This document shows positions 16,900-27,588 of a stretch of 64,000 nucleotides of DNA, piece after piece; within the stretch, counting starts at the first letter, position 1; every line of letters begins with the position of its first letter. A model generated the notes under the pieces. That model was not told the DNA's origin, did not search any database, and saw only the letters and a program-made list of their open reading frames with translations. Position numbers and translations under genes: made by a program. Source of the stretch: Betaproteobacteria bacterium (GTDB taxonomy: Bacteria; Pseudomonadota; Gammaproteobacteria; Burkholderiales; SG8-41); the NCBI GenBank assembly GCA_021730905.1, contig JAKFYK010000021.1, positions 1,636 through 65,635 on the forward strand. The letters are read 5' to 3'.

Positions 16900-17970
16900 C
16901 TACTGACGCCCGCCCTCGATACCAAATCCTTCCGCGCGCCAGCGCAGCATACCGCCCGCGAGGTTTGCGACGTCGCTGAATCCCATGCGCTGCAGGATCA
17001 CGCATGCCTGCGCCGAGCGGGCGCCCGAGCGGCATACGGCGACGATCGGCCGCTCGCGCGCCAAGTCGCTGGCGCGCACGGCCAGTTCACCGAGGGGAAT
17101 GAGCACTGCCCCCTGAATATGGCCGAGCGGCCCGCTGAATTCCGAGTCTTCGCGCACATCGACAATCTGCACCTTGCCTGCAATCTCTTCCAGCGCCTGG
17201 GGATAAATCTCCCAGATGCCGGCAAAGGTGAAGGTCAGCGGTGCCCACGTTGGCTCGGCCACCTGCGCCGGAGCGTCGGCAAGTTGCCCGCACTGCAGGT
17301 TCGCTGGCACCGCAACGTCGATCTGCTTCGGATGCGGCAACCCTAGGTTATTCATGTAGCCGGCAAAGTCCGCTTCGCCTATGCCGCTGCCGAGACGCGG
17401 ATTGAACCGCCGCTCTTCGTCCACGCTGGTCACGGTGAGTCCGCGGTAGTCGTGGCCGGGATACAACAGGCATGCTGGCGGCAGCGTAAATATCTGGCTG
17501 TGCACGGAACGATACAGGGTGCGCGCACTGCCCTGCTGAAAATCGGTGCGCCCGCAGCCACGGATGAGTAGAGCGTCGCCGGTAAACGCCATCGACTCGT
17601 CGTCCAGCACGTAAGTCAGGCAACCGTTGGTATGTCCCGGCGTCTCCCGCGCTTCGAGGTAGCGCGAGCCAAATGCCACGCGATCACCGTGGGCGAGCGC
17701 AAGGTCAGCGCCCGCAGCACCGCTCACTCCGGAGAGTGCAATGCGGCTGCCCAGACGCTGCTTGAGCAACGAGGCACCCGTGACGTGGTCGGCATGCACG
17801 TGCGTCTCCAGCGTAAACAGGAGTTTCAAGGTGAGTTCGGCAATCAACGCCCGGTCGCGGCGCGCCTGCTCGAACACCGGATCGATCAGCACCGCCACGC
17901 CGGTGCGCTCGTCGCCCAGCAAGTAGCTATAGGTTGAAGACTGTGGATCGAATAGCTGGCGAAAAATCAT
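16900..17970 (-). CDS. Persulfide dioxygenase (ETHE1-like metallo-beta-lactamase fold) fused to a rhodanese domain
   Basis: [20 protein letters not shown] and the [10 protein letters not shown] metal motif are present. The C-terminal rhodanese has the active-site loop [10 protein letters not shown]. The ATG at 17970 is preferred. Confidence 0.82.
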   Translation of the reverse strand: MIFRQLFDPQSSTYSYLLGDERTGVAVLIDPVFEQARRDRALIAELTLKLLFTLETHVHADHVTGASLLKQRLGSRIALSGVSGAAGADLALAHGDRVAFGSRYLEARETPGHTNGCLTYVLDDESMAFTGDALLIRGCGRTDFQQGSARTLYRSVHSQIFTLPPACLLYPGHDYRGLTVTSVDEERRFNPRLGSGIGEADFAGYMNNLGLPHPKQIDVAVPANLQCGQLADAPAQVAEPTWAPLTFTFAGIWEIYPQALEEIAGKVQIVDVREDSEFSGPLGHIQGAVLIPLGELAVRASDLARERPIVAVCRSGARSAQACVILQRMGFSDVANLAGGMLRWRAEGFGIEGGRQ

Positions 17971-18273
17971 GTGCTTCCTTCCGTGCATCCGCGAACAGTG
18001 TAGCGTGGCGCCATGGTGTCGATTTCAAAATTACCTGTAGAATCTTTGGAAATCTGCACTCGCATTATGCCTGCTCGCCATCCATTCGGGTCAAGGGAGC
18101 CGTTTTTCGCCGCACCTCATTCGGGGCACCATGACACACGGACGGATTGCGTGCCACACAACTGCGCAGACCCTACACTCACGGCAGTGAGAATATAAGA
18201 CATTGACCGTTCGTGAAAAATAGTGCTTAAATTTGCCATGCCCCGTCCGGACTGACTTATCAGGAGGAAGACC

Positions 18274-19242
18274 ATGACTCACGCTGCACGCATTGTTTGG
18301 GCGCTCATCACATGCGCTTGTCTGACAAGCACGGCGCTGGCGCAGAAATATCCTGCCCGGGCGATACGTGTCATCGTTCCCCAAGCGCCCGGCGATGCCT
18401 GCGACACCTTTGCCCGCTTGCTGGGCCATCAAATAGGCGAACGCCTCGGCCAGACACTGGTTGCCGACAATCGGCCCGGCGCCAGCGGCACGATCGGTCT
18501 GTCAATGACTGCCAGTGCAGCTGCGGACGGTTACACCTTTGCCTGCGGACAGGGCGGCAACATGTCGGTTATACCGCACACCATGAAAAACGTGCCGTAC
18601 GACGCGCTGAAGGATTTCGCGCCGATCGCGCTGATCGCAACCAACTATCTCGCGCTGGTGGTGTACCCGGGTGCGCCGTTCAAGACCACCGCGGAGTTTG
18701 TCAAACATCTGAAAGCCAACCCGGGCAAGGTTACATTTGGCAGCAACGGCGAGGGCGCCTTCCTGCACATGGCAGCCGAGCTGTTCCGCTCCGCCGTCGG
18801 CTTCGAATACGTGCATGTTCCATTCAAGGGTGGCGTGCCCATGGCGCAGGACATCATGGCTGGCCGGGTGGATGCCGCCTTCAGTTCGTTTACGGGGGTA
18901 TTTCCGTTTGTGCAATCTGGCCGGCTGCGGCTAATCGGCATCGCGAAAGCCACACGCGCGCCGAACTACCCAGACCTTCCCACCATCGCGGAAACAGTGC
19001 CGGGATTCGAGTCCGGCGGCTGGTTTGGATTCGTCGCTCCGGCCAAGGTACCGAAGGAGATCATCACCCTCCTCAACCGGGAGACGAACGCAGCCCTGAA
19101 ACGGCCGGATATTCGCGCGAAGCTCGAGGCGCTGGGCCTGGATTTGTGGACCGAGTCGCCGGAGTATTTGCGCGATCTGATGAAGAGCGAATACGAGAAG
19201 TACGGCAAGGTGGCTCGCGACATCAAGCTGGTGCCGAAATAA
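18274..19242 (+). CDS. Bug/TctC-family periplasmic solute-binding protein
   Basis: 322 aa with signal peptide plus AQKYPARAIRVIVPQAPG. The SD caggagg lies upstream of the ATG. Confidence 0.88.
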   Translation: MTHAARIVWALITCACLTSTALAQKYPARAIRVIVPQAPGDACDTFARLLGHQIGERLGQTLVADNRPGASGTIGLSMTASAAADGYTFACGQGGNMSVIPHTMKNVPYDALKDFAPIALIATNYLALVVYPGAPFKTTAEFVKHLKANPGKVTFGSNGEGAFLHMAAELFRSAVGFEYVHVPFKGGVPMAQDIMAGRVDAAFSSFTGVFPFVQSGRLRLIGIAKATRAPNYPDLPTIAETVPGFESGGWFGFVAPAKVPKEIITLLNRETNAALKRPDIRAKLEALGLDLWTESPEYLRDLMKSEYEKYGKVARDIKLVPK

Positions 19243-19460
19243 TAGTATTCCCAGCGAGGGCACGCAGCGTACCCGCCCCGTATCCGGATACAAGGACAGA
19301 GCGTTTTCAGAGGGTTGAGGTTGCCAGCTAGCCGCTGCAGATAACGCGGAGCATCCCAACATCTGATCGTTGTCCGGGCATCGCAGCCCGGCAACTACCC
19401 GATGGCACACGCCACAGGTGATGCGCAGCCGCAGCACCTGCGTTATCCTCGGGACATCCC

Positions 19461-20687
19461 ATGAAAACTTTTTACGGCTGGCGCATCGTGGTTGCCGGCG
19501 GCGCCTTGCAGTTTTTGCAGAGTGTGCTGCTGAATTCGGCATTCGGTATCTACGTGGCGGTGCTGGTCGAAGAGCGCGGCTGGAGTAAAACATCTCTCTC
19601 CGCAGCAGCCGCACTGAAATCAACCGAGGTCGCCCTGCTCGGCCCGATACTCGGCTGGCTGGTGGACCGCTTCGGCTCGCAGGGCATGGTGCGCTTAGGT
19701 GTCATTACCTTCGGCATCGGGTTCATGCTGTTGAGCCAGACCGAAACTCTGATCGGCTTCTATGCGGCATTTGTAGTGGTTGCGCTCGGCTCGAGCATGT
19801 TCAGCAACTTGCTGGTGAGTGTGGCGATCATCCAGTGGTTCGAAAAGCGCCGCACGCGCGCGCTTTCGGCATTGCAGTTTGGCGGCGCGATCGGCGGGCT
19901 CTTTGTGTTTCTTGTGGCGTGGTCGATTCAGGCTTATGGCTGGAGGGCCACTGCATTCGGCTCAGGTGTTATCACGATACTGATCGGCTGGCCATTGGCG
20001 ACGATCATCCGCGGCCGACCCGAAGATGTCGGCCAAACGGTAGACGGCCTGCCGCCCGCGCCCAAAGTCGGCGGACAGCCGGAGGTTTCTGCCGGACCTG
20101 CGTTCACCGCACGCCAGGCGCTGCGCACCAGCGCGTTTTGGCTGCTCTCACTCGGCCACGGCTGCTCGCTTTTGGTTGTTATGGCGATAAACGTGCACGC
20201 CATCACGCACATCAAGGAAGGGTTGGGCTACACGCTCGCCCAGGCTTCGCTGTTCTTCACGCTGGTGACAGTGGGGCAGTTTTTCGGCGTGATGCTCGGC
20301 TGGGTCGTCGGCGAAAAATTCGTGAAACGCAAGGTCGCCGCTACCTGCATGCTGATGCACGCCGCCGGCATGCTCATGCTCACGTATGCCGCCGGTCCTG
20401 TCATCCTCGCCTTCTCCCTGTTGCTACACGGTGTCGGCTGGGGGCTGCGCGGCCCCTTCATGCAGGCGATCCGCGCGGACTATTTTGGACGGCGCTCCAT
20501 CGGCGTGATCCTCGGACTGTCGACGCTGGTCACTGTTATCGGCAATATCATCGGACCAGTACTGGCCGGCATGTTCGCCGATTGGTACGGAAACTACCGG
20601 ACAGGTTTTACGCTGCTGGCGATGCTGGCCGGCGTGGGGTCTTTGTTTTTCCTGATGGCGAAGCCACCCAAGTACCTTGCGCTGTGA
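19461..20687 (+). CDS. MFS transporter
   Basis: 408 aa with about 12 hydrophobic segments and a central basic loop. Confidence 0.8.
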   Translation: MKTFYGWRIVVAGGALQFLQSVLLNSAFGIYVAVLVEERGWSKTSLSAAAALKSTEVALLGPILGWLVDRFGSQGMVRLGVITFGIGFMLLSQTETLIGFYAAFVVVALGSSMFSNLLVSVAIIQWFEKRRTRALSALQFGGAIGGLFVFLVAWSIQAYGWRATAFGSGVITILIGWPLATIIRGRPEDVGQTVDGLPPAPKVGGQPEVSAGPAFTARQALRTSAFWLLSLGHGCSLLVVMAINVHAITHIKEGLGYTLAQASLFFTLVTVGQFFGVMLGWVVGEKFVKRKVAATCMLMHAAGMLMLTYAAGPVILAFSLLLHGVGWGLRGPFMQAIRADYFGRRSIGVILGLSTLVTVIGNIIGPVLAGMFADWYGNYRTGFTLLAMLAGVGSLFFLMAKPPKYLAL

Positions 20688-20719
20688 AAAAATTCGGCCG
20701 GAACGGCGGAACTGGTGCG

Positions 20720-21343
20720 TTACGCCTTCTGATGCAGCCGGCTCTGCGCCGGCACGTGCTGCGCGAGAAACTCCATCTGATCGGCGAGAATGCGCCGGTT
20801 GGTGAGTATCAGATACTCGGCGCGGTTCGGCACGTACGGCAGGTAGACCAGTTCCATGCCCGCGCCTTCGGGTGTACGGTCGCTTTTGCGCTCGTTGCAG
20901 GCGCGGCATGCAGTGACCACGTTCATCCACGTGTCCTTGCCGCCTTTGGAAAACGGCTTGATATGGTCGCGTGTGAGTTTGGCGCTCGAAAACAAGTCCG
21001 CGCAATAGGCGCAAATCTGCCGGTCGCGGTGAAACAGTTCACGGTTGTTGAGCGGCGGCACATGATTGAAAGACTTGATCGCCATCGCCTTGCCTTTGAC
21101 GGCGATGATGCTGCTGGCGGTAATCTCGGAACGCTCTCCCGTCATGCGGTTCAAACCGCCGTACACCGTAAACGCGTTTTCGCCGAGGCTCCACGCCACC
21201 TGATCCTTGGCGTAGTAGTAGCAGGCATGTTGCCAGGTGATCCAACGGTGCGGCACGCCGTGCGTGTCCAGCGTCAGCACCAACGGCAACGCCGTGCGCT
21301 GGCGGGCACTGGCGATAAGGTTTTCAATGAAGACTTGATCCAT
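20720..21343 (-). CDS. HNH endonuclease family protein
   Basis: CAYCADLFSSAKLTRDHIKPFSKGGKDTWMNVVTACRACNERKSDRTP is an HNH motif with Cys pairs. Confidence 0.85.
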   Translation of the reverse strand: MDQVFIENLIASARQRTALPLVLTLDTHGVPHRWITWQHACYYYAKDQVAWSLGENAFTVYGGLNRMTGERSEITASSIIAVKGKAMAIKSFNHVPPLNNRELFHRDRQICAYCADLFSSAKLTRDHIKPFSKGGKDTWMNVVTACRACNERKSDRTPEGAGMELVYLPYVPNRAEYLILTNRRILADQMEFLAQHVPAQSRLHQKA

Positions 21344-21616
21344 GTTTCGGGGTATCGGAGCTATACCTAATAATCGCCATTCAAACCAAAGTCATGCGTT
21401 GTCTTTCGATATGCCACAATTTACCAGATTTATGAATATTTGGAAGAATTTAAAGGTCTGATGGCGAAATTTGCTGCGTCGCGCTATACTGTCGGACTGT
21501 GAATTCAGACCCTCGCAGCCCCTGCTGCCACGCGCCCCGAGCGCGCCCCTTGTGTTCCTTGGCCCAATGGTCGTCCGCTCCGTCCGTCTTCCTGCGGCCG
21601 CAATAATGTCACGTTA

Positions 21617-23035
21617 ATGTCTTTTGCGTCGCTGAACCTCCTGCCCGAACTGCAGCACGCAGTCGCGGATCAAGGCTATACCGAAGCCACGCCGATACAG
21701 GTGCAAGCCATTCCGGCCGTGCTGGCTGGCCGCGACCTCATGGGCTGCGCACAAACCGGCACCGGCAAGACCGCGGGTTTCACCTTGCCACTACTGCAAA
21801 TGCTCGCACCGCACGGCAGCAGCAGCCCATCGCCCGCGCGTCATCCGGTGCGCGCACTGGTACTGACCCCCACGCGCGAACTCGCCGCCCAGGTGCATGA
21901 ATCGGTGCAGGGTTATGGCAAATATCTGCCGCTACGCTCGACCGTGGTCTACGGCGGCGTGGACATGAAGCCGCAAACCCAGGCACTGATGGCCGGCGTG
22001 GAAATTCTGGTGGCGACACCGGGACGCCTACTCGATCACGTGCAACAAAAAACCGTCAACCTGTCGCAAGTGCAGATCCTCGTGCTCGATGAGGCCGACC
22101 GCATGCTCGACATGGGTTTTCTGCCCGACCTCAAGCGCATCATTGCGTTGATTCCGGCGCAGCGCCAGAGCCTGCTGTTTTCGGCAACATTCTCCGACGA
22201 CATCAAGCGGCTCGCCAACCAGATGCTGCGCAATCCGCTGTCGATCGAAGTCGCGCGCCGCAACGCGCCCGCCGAACTAGTATCGCATCAGGTGTACGAA
22301 GTCTCCGCCGAGCGCAAACGCACGCTGCTTGCCAACCTGATCCGCACGCGCAATATGACGCAGGTGCTGGTGTTCCTGCGCATGAAAAAGGATTGCAACA
22401 AACTCGCGCGCGAACTCGAACGCGACGGCATCAAGGCCACCGCCATACACAGCGACCGCACACAGGCCGAGCGCGAACAGGCGCTGGCGGACTTCAAGGA
22501 AGGCCGCGCCACCGCGCTGGTTGCCACCGACATCGCCGCGCGCGGCCTTGATATCGAGGAACTGCCGTTCGTCATCAACTTTGAATTGCCGTACGTGCCG
22601 GAAGACTATGTGCACCGCATCGGCCGCACCGGACGCGCCGGCCTGCCGGGCGAGGCCATTTCACTGGTGTGCCACGACGAATCCAAGCTGCTGGCTGATA
22701 TCGAACGGCTGCTTAAGCGCCCGATCGAGCGCGTGCCTGTAGGTCATCTCGATCAACGTCCCTCGCGCTACGAGCATAAAGATCACAAGGAACGGCCACA
22801 TCGCGACGCGGATGCGGGCCATGCGCGTGCTGAGCGTCCAGAGCGTACGGTACGCGAGCGTCCGGTGGAAAAACCCATCGCCAAGGCAATACACGAAGGC
22901 TTCGACTTCAGCAAACCTTACGAGCCGGGCAACGGGGAAACCCCTGCCCTCGTCAAACCCGCGGCACCGCCGCGCCGCGGCGCCGCACGCCCGGTATCTG
23001 CGCTGCTCGGCGGACTCTCCACGCCACGCAAGTAG
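21617..23035 (+). CDS. rhlE: DEAD-box ATP-dependent RNA helicase (RhlE-like)
   Basis: Q-motif [21 protein letters not shown] (VLDEADRM), SAT and [10 protein letters not shown] are present, with a basic C-terminal tail. Confidence 0.92.
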   Translation: MSFASLNLLPELQHAVADQGYTEATPIQVQAIPAVLAGRDLMGCAQTGTGKTAGFTLPLLQMLAPHGSSSPSPARHPVRALVLTPTRELAAQVHESVQGYGKYLPLRSTVVYGGVDMKPQTQALMAGVEILVATPGRLLDHVQQKTVNLSQVQILVLDEADRMLDMGFLPDLKRIIALIPAQRQSLLFSATFSDDIKRLANQMLRNPLSIEVARRNAPAELVSHQVYEVSAERKRTLLANLIRTRNMTQVLVFLRMKKDCNKLARELERDGIKATAIHSDRTQAEREQALADFKEGRATALVATDIAARGLDIEELPFVINFELPYVPEDYVHRIGRTGRAGLPGEAISLVCHDESKLLADIERLLKRPIERVPVGHLDQRPSRYEHKDHKERPHRDADAGHARAERPERTVRERPVEKPIAKAIHEGFDFSKPYEPGNGETPALVKPAAPPRRGAARPVSALLGGLSTPRK

Positions 23036-23153
23036 GAATTAGCCGCTCAGTGTATCACGCGCGGCCTTGTGATACAGTGCCTGCGCCCGGTCGTCATATG
23101 CAGTAATCGCACGGTCGGAAGTTCGTTCCTGTTCGCCCAATCCGGAGGCAATC

Positions 23154-23594
23154 ATGCAAAGAATCCTGTTGTCCGCACTGGTGTTGTTTATCTCGTTCGC
23201 AGGCACCATGCTGCCCGCCCAAGCACAATCCAACGAAGAAGCCAATCTCGCTCAGGCAATGGAGGCCTTGCGCGCAGCCATGTTTGCCCGGGACGCCAAA
23301 CAGTTCGAAGCGCTGATATCGGAAAATGTCAGCTATGGCCATTCTGCAGGTCGCATCGAAAATAAAAAAGAATTCATCACTGCGGCACTGGCAAATAAAT
23401 CGGTGATGAAATCGCTCACATTTACCGATCAAACCATCAAGGTCACCGGTGACAAAGCCGTCGTGCGCAATACCTACAACGGCGTCAGCGAATTGGATGG
23501 AAAAACCAACACTACCAAAATCGGGGTGCTGCTGGTGTGGAACAAGGAAGGGGGCGCGTGGAAGCTCTATGCACGCCAAGCCTATCGTCTGTAG
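23154..23594 (+). CDS. Secreted NTF2-fold protein (DUF4440/SnoaL-like)
   Basis: 146 aa with a signal peptide (LFISFAGTMLPAQAQ). VSYGHSAGRIENKKEF and WKLYARQAYRL are paralogous to the next gene. Confidence 0.7.
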   Translation: MQRILLSALVLFISFAGTMLPAQAQSNEEANLAQAMEALRAAMFARDAKQFEALISENVSYGHSAGRIENKKEFITAALANKSVMKSLTFTDQTIKVTGDKAVVRNTYNGVSELDGKTNTTKIGVLLVWNKEGGAWKLYARQAYRL

Positions 23595-23618
23595 TCGCTA
23601 ACAGCAAGGAACATCACC

Positions 23619-23993
23619 ATGAGCAATGCAAACGACAACGCAGCACTGATACAGGCTATTGAAAAGTTTTACAACGCCATCAGAGACAAGGACGCAGCGG
23701 CATTTGAACCGCTGCTCGCACAGGATGTGAGCTACGGCCATTCGTCGGGCAGAATCGAAGACAAGGCGCAGTTTGTCGCCAACGTGCTCGATCCGAAAAC
23801 CAGGTGGAAATCGATCTATGGCGCGAAACAAGCCAATTCCTTCAGCGGCGACACCGCCATCTCCCGTCACATTATGGCGGGCGAGAATGAACGCGACGGC
23901 AAGCCCGGCACATCCAGCATGGACGTGATGATGGTGTGGCAAAAGCACGGCGGCACCTGGAAATTGCTGGCGCGGCAAGCCTACAAGGCCTGA
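23619..23993 (+). CDS. NTF2-fold protein (DUF4440/SnoaL-like), cytoplasmic paralog
   Basis: 124 aa. VSYGHSSGRIEDKAQF and WKLLARQAYKA mark a tandem paralog of 23154..23594. Confidence 0.7.
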   Translation: MSNANDNAALIQAIEKFYNAIRDKDAAAFEPLLAQDVSYGHSSGRIEDKAQFVANVLDPKTRWKSIYGAKQANSFSGDTAISRHIMAGENERDGKPGTSSMDVMMVWQKHGGTWKLLARQAYKA

Positions 23994-24025
23994 ACGAACG
24001 CACCGCGTATTTTTGGAATTGCTTT

Positions 24026-24874
24026 ATGAATGTCTTAAGCCAGGAACAAGTCGCCCGCTGGCGGCATGACGGATTCCTGTCGCCGTTTCCACTGCTGGAT
24101 GCGCAGGAACTCCAGGCCTGCCGTGACGGACTGGATCGCTTCGAGAAATGGCTCGGCGCGCCGGTCAATGCCAGCGACGAATTGAAGTGGCGCACCATGC
24201 CTTACCTGATCCTGCCGTGGGCAGCGAAGCTTGCGTGTGACCCGCGTATCCTTGATGTGGTCGAAGACCTGCTGGGCCCGGACATCCTGATTTTCACCAG
24301 CACCTTCTTCATCAAGGAACCCCACTCACCCACCATCGCCGCCTGGCATCAGGACTCGACCTATTACGGCCTGGAACCGAAAGAACAGGTCACAGTATGG
24401 GTCGCCCTTTCGGAAGCCAACGAGGCTGCGGGCTGCATGTATGCGCTGTCGTTTCGCGGCAAGCCGCGGCAATTAAGCCATGTGTCGCGCGTGGTCAAAA
24501 ACAGCGTCAACCGCGCGAGTCAGGTAATCACGGAGCCGCTGGACGAAGGAACACCCGTGGCCATGCCGCTGGCGTCCGGATCGTTTTCCATGCATCACGG
24601 GCTATGTCCGCACCGCTCAGGCCCGAATACCGCGAATCATCGCCGCATCGGGCTGGGGATGAACTTCATACCGACGTCCGTGCGCCCAGTGGGGCCCATC
24701 AAGCCGGCCGCAATGCTGGTGCGCGGCGTTGACCGCCATAACCATTTTGAGCGCGTCGAGCCGCCGCAGGCTGAACTGGATGCGCAGAGCGTGGCCACCC
24801 ACGACCGGGCGACTACGCTATACCGCAATTGCTATCTCGAAGAGGAAGCGCGGCACGCCCGATTGTCAGCCTGA
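24026..24874 (+). CDS. Phytanoyl-CoA dioxygenase (PhyH) family Fe(II)/2-oxoglutarate oxygenase
   Basis: MNVLSQEQVARWRHDGFLSPFPLLD and AWHQDSTYYGL (HxD) are present. The ATG at 24026 is preferred over the upstream start that overlaps the previous gene. Confidence 0.8.
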   Translation: MNVLSQEQVARWRHDGFLSPFPLLDAQELQACRDGLDRFEKWLGAPVNASDELKWRTMPYLILPWAAKLACDPRILDVVEDLLGPDILIFTSTFFIKEPHSPTIAAWHQDSTYYGLEPKEQVTVWVALSEANEAAGCMYALSFRGKPRQLSHVSRVVKNSVNRASQVITEPLDEGTPVAMPLASGSFSMHHGLCPHRSGPNTANHRRIGLGMNFIPTSVRPVGPIKPAAMLVRGVDRHNHFERVEPPQAELDAQSVATHDRATTLYRNCYLEEEARHARLSA

Positions 24875-24889
24875 AACGGCGCAGCGCGA

Positions 24890-25864
24890 TCAATCCACCC
24901 GCGCGCCCGACTCCTTGACCGCTTTCGCAAACCGCGCAATTTCGTTCTTGATGCGGCTGCTGAATTCTGCGGGTGTGCTGACGGCCGGGTCGAAGCCCTG
25001 CTGTGCGACCTTCTCGGCGACATCCGGCAGCCTCATAAGCCGGGCAACTTCGGTGTACATCTTGTCGATGATGGGCTTCGGCGTGCCGGTGGGCATGACG
25101 ATGCCCACCCAGTTGCCGAGCACAAAATCCTTATAACCCTGGTCTGCCATGGTTGAAACCTCCGGCAGGAACGAGTGCCGCTTGTCGGCCATGATCGCAA
25201 TGGCGCGCACACGGCCCGACTTGATCGCGGGCAACAGATCGGGGATGCCATTGATCAGCAGATGCGCCTGACCGCTCATCATGTCGGGTATCGCCGGCCC
25301 GTTGCCCTTGTACGGCACGTGTGTGGCGTTAAAACCCACCGCACGTTTGAGCATTTCCCCGGACAGATGGCTGATGGTGCCGTGGCCACCGGAGGCATTC
25401 ACCAACTTCATGCTTTTCGCCACCGCCACCAGATCCGGCACACTCTTGGCTGCAATGCCATTGTGCACCGTCACCACCAGTGGCGTGTAAGCCAGCAGCA
25501 CCACCGGCGCAAGATCGCGCTCCAGACTGTAGGGCAGCTTGGCGTAAAGCGACTGCGAGATGACCTGCGCGGTACTGATGTTGAGAATGGTGTAGCCATC
25601 GGGCGCAGATTTCGCCACAAGATCAGTCCCCAGATTGCCGCCCGCACCGGGGCGGTTATCCACGATCACCGGCTGCCCCCACGAATCCGCGAGCTTCTGT
25701 CCGACGATACGCGCAAGAATGTCGTTCACGCCGCCAGGCGCAAACGCCACCACGTAGCGTATCGGGCGTGTGGGATAGTTTTGCGCCTGCGCCTCAACAC
25801 CAGCGGCAAGCGCCAGCGCAGACAGGCTCGTTGCCGCAGCAACGCTGCGAAAAATCGTAATCAT
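24890..25864 (-). CDS. Bug/TctC-family periplasmic solute-binding protein
   Basis: 324 aa with signal peptide plus QNYPTRPIRYVVAFAPGGVNDILAR. Confidence 0.9.
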   Translation of the reverse strand: MITIFRSVAAATSLSALALAAGVEAQAQNYPTRPIRYVVAFAPGGVNDILARIVGQKLADSWGQPVIVDNRPGAGGNLGTDLVAKSAPDGYTILNISTAQVISQSLYAKLPYSLERDLAPVVLLAYTPLVVTVHNGIAAKSVPDLVAVAKSMKLVNASGGHGTISHLSGEMLKRAVGFNATHVPYKGNGPAIPDMMSGQAHLLINGIPDLLPAIKSGRVRAIAIMADKRHSFLPEVSTMADQGYKDFVLGNWVGIVMPTGTPKPIIDKMYTEVARLMRLPDVAEKVAQQGFDPAVSTPAEFSSRIKNEIARFAKAVKESGARVD

Positions 25865-25972
25865 GGGATAGCTCCTGTAATCGGATGGCTAGTTTACCGC
25901 CAATCACCGTGGCAGCGTAACCCGCCCTACGGGCTATAATCTGCTCTTTCTATTTGCTCCGGAAATTTCCCA

Positions 25973-27550
25973 ATGACAACTCGCACCGTATCCCCCCGCG
26001 ATCTAAAAAACATGTTGCACGATGGCGGCGAACTCGCGCTGCTGGACGTGCGTGAAGACGGCCAGTTCGGCGAAGGACATTTGCTGTTCGCCACACCGCT
26101 GCCCTACAGCCGGCTGGAACTCGGCATCTCCGCGCTGGTGCCGCACAAAGGCGCGCGCATCGTGTTGTGCGACGATGGCGACGGCGTCTCGGAACGCGGG
26201 GTGAAGCGGCTACATGCAATCGGCTACACCGATGTGTCGGTGCTCGCCGGCGGCAACCCTTCATGGAAAACTGCGGGCTATACACTGTTCAAGGGCGTCA
26301 ACGTACCCAGCAAACTCTTCGGCGAACTGGTCGAGCACGTGTACGACACGCCGCGCATCACCGTCACCGAACTCGCGCAAATGAAACAGCGCAACGAGGA
26401 TTTCATCATCGTCGATGGCCGGCCCTACACCGAATATAACAAGATGAATATCCCCGGCGGCATTTGCTGTCCGAATGCGGAACTGCCCTATCGCATCCGC
26501 GACATCGTTAAAAATCCGAAAACCAAGATCATCGTCAACTGCGCTGGACGCACGCGCTCGATCATGGGCGCGCAGACGCTGCTCAATTTCGGCATTGAAA
26601 ATCCGGTGTATGCGCTGGAGAACGGCACACAGGGCTGGGTGCTCGCCGATTTTGAGCTCGAGCGCGGCGCAACGCGAAAATATCCTGACAAAATCGATGC
26701 GTCCGCTCTGCCTGGCCTGCAAGCCAGTGCAAAGAAATTGCTGACGCGATTTAACGTGAAGACGGTCACGGCTAAACAAGTCGAAGGTTGGCTCGCCGAG
26801 ACTAACCGTTCACTGTACCTGCTCGATGTGCGCACGCCGGAGGAGTTTCAGGCCGGCTCGCTGCCAGGTGCGGCGCATGCCCCCGGCGGGCAACTGGTAC
26901 AGGCCACCGATCAATGGGTGGGCGTGCGCAATGCGCGCATCGTGCTGGCGGACAGCGAAGGCGTACGCGCGCCGGTGGTCGCGGCGTGGCTGAAGCAACT
27001 CGGCTGCGATGTTTATGTGCTCGAAGGCGGCGTGAATTCCGGCCTGAAATTGCCGGCGCCGGCGAAAGCAACGCTGCCCGCGCTGCCGAAAATTTCCGCT
27101 GATGAATTGAAGCAGGTGCTCGCCGCCGGATCGTGCAGCGCTTTCTATCTCGGCCCCAGCATGAATTACCGCAAGCAGCACGTGCCGGGCAGCCGCTGGA
27201 GCATCCGCTCGCGTATCGTCAGGGACGCCGCTGACGCCAAGCACGTAGTGTTGATCACGCGCGACACCGATGTCGCGCAAGCTGCCGCCATCGATTTACG
27301 CGAAGCTGGAATCACCAACGTAAAACTGCTGGAAGGTGGACTGGCCACGTGGACCAGCGCGGGCCACGCACTGGAAGCCTCCCCGCAAATACCGTCGGAC
27401 GCCGAGTGCATCGACTATCTGTTTTTTGTGCATGATCGTCACGCCGGCAATCGCGGAGCAATGAAACAATATCTGGCGTGGGAGACCGGCCTCATCAAAC
27501 AGTTGGACGAGCAGGACAAGGCCAGCTTCAAGGTTGGCGCACCCGCATAA
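25973..27550 (+). CDS. Multi-rhodanese-domain sulfurtransferase-like protein
   Basis: 525 aa with about four rhodanese-like repeats (LLDVREDGQF, IVDGRPYTEYNKMNIPG, LLDVRTPEEFQAGSLPGA). One repeat has the catalytic-type loop VNCAGRTRS. Confidence 0.75.
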   Translation: MTTRTVSPRDLKNMLHDGGELALLDVREDGQFGEGHLLFATPLPYSRLELGISALVPHKGARIVLCDDGDGVSERGVKRLHAIGYTDVSVLAGGNPSWKTAGYTLFKGVNVPSKLFGELVEHVYDTPRITVTELAQMKQRNEDFIIVDGRPYTEYNKMNIPGGICCPNAELPYRIRDIVKNPKTKIIVNCAGRTRSIMGAQTLLNFGIENPVYALENGTQGWVLADFELERGATRKYPDKIDASALPGLQASAKKLLTRFNVKTVTAKQVEGWLAETNRSLYLLDVRTPEEFQAGSLPGAAHAPGGQLVQATDQWVGVRNARIVLADSEGVRAPVVAAWLKQLGCDVYVLEGGVNSGLKLPAPAKATLPALPKISADELKQVLAAGSCSAFYLGPSMNYRKQHVPGSRWSIRSRIVRDAADAKHVVLITRDTDVAQAAAIDLREAGITNVKLLEGGLATWTSAGHALEASPQIPSDAECIDYLFFVHDRHAGNRGAMKQYLAWETGLIKQLDEQDKASFKVGAPA

Positions 27551-27555
27551 AAATG

Positions 27556-27579
27556 TAAAAAAACAAATAGTTACATAAG
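27556..27579 (+). repeat. AT-rich recurrent motif, copy d
   Basis: taaaaaaacaaatagttacataag fills the rhodanese/oxidoreductase junction. Its core ends 16 nt before the ATG at 27589. Confidence 0.8.
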
Positions 27580-27588
27580 AGGCAACAC

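Noticed and set aside
19835-21370. 511-aa plus-strand ORF spanning the MFS and HNH genes
   Set aside because: It is Arg/Ala/Pro/Gly-rich, which is typical of an off-frame reading of high-GC DNA. It overlaps two genes that have clear family signatures.
21344-21616. Promoter or regulatory leader upstream of rhlE (a TATACT-like hexamer near 21494)
   Set aside because: I found no properly spaced -35 element. A long leader is plausible for a DEAD-box helicase, but I cannot support specific sites from sequence alone.
23047-23078. Hairpin cagtgtatcac...gtgatacagtg after rhlE as an intrinsic terminator
   Set aside because: The stem has a central mismatch, the loop is 10 nt, and there is no U-tract. 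That is insufficient to call a terminator.
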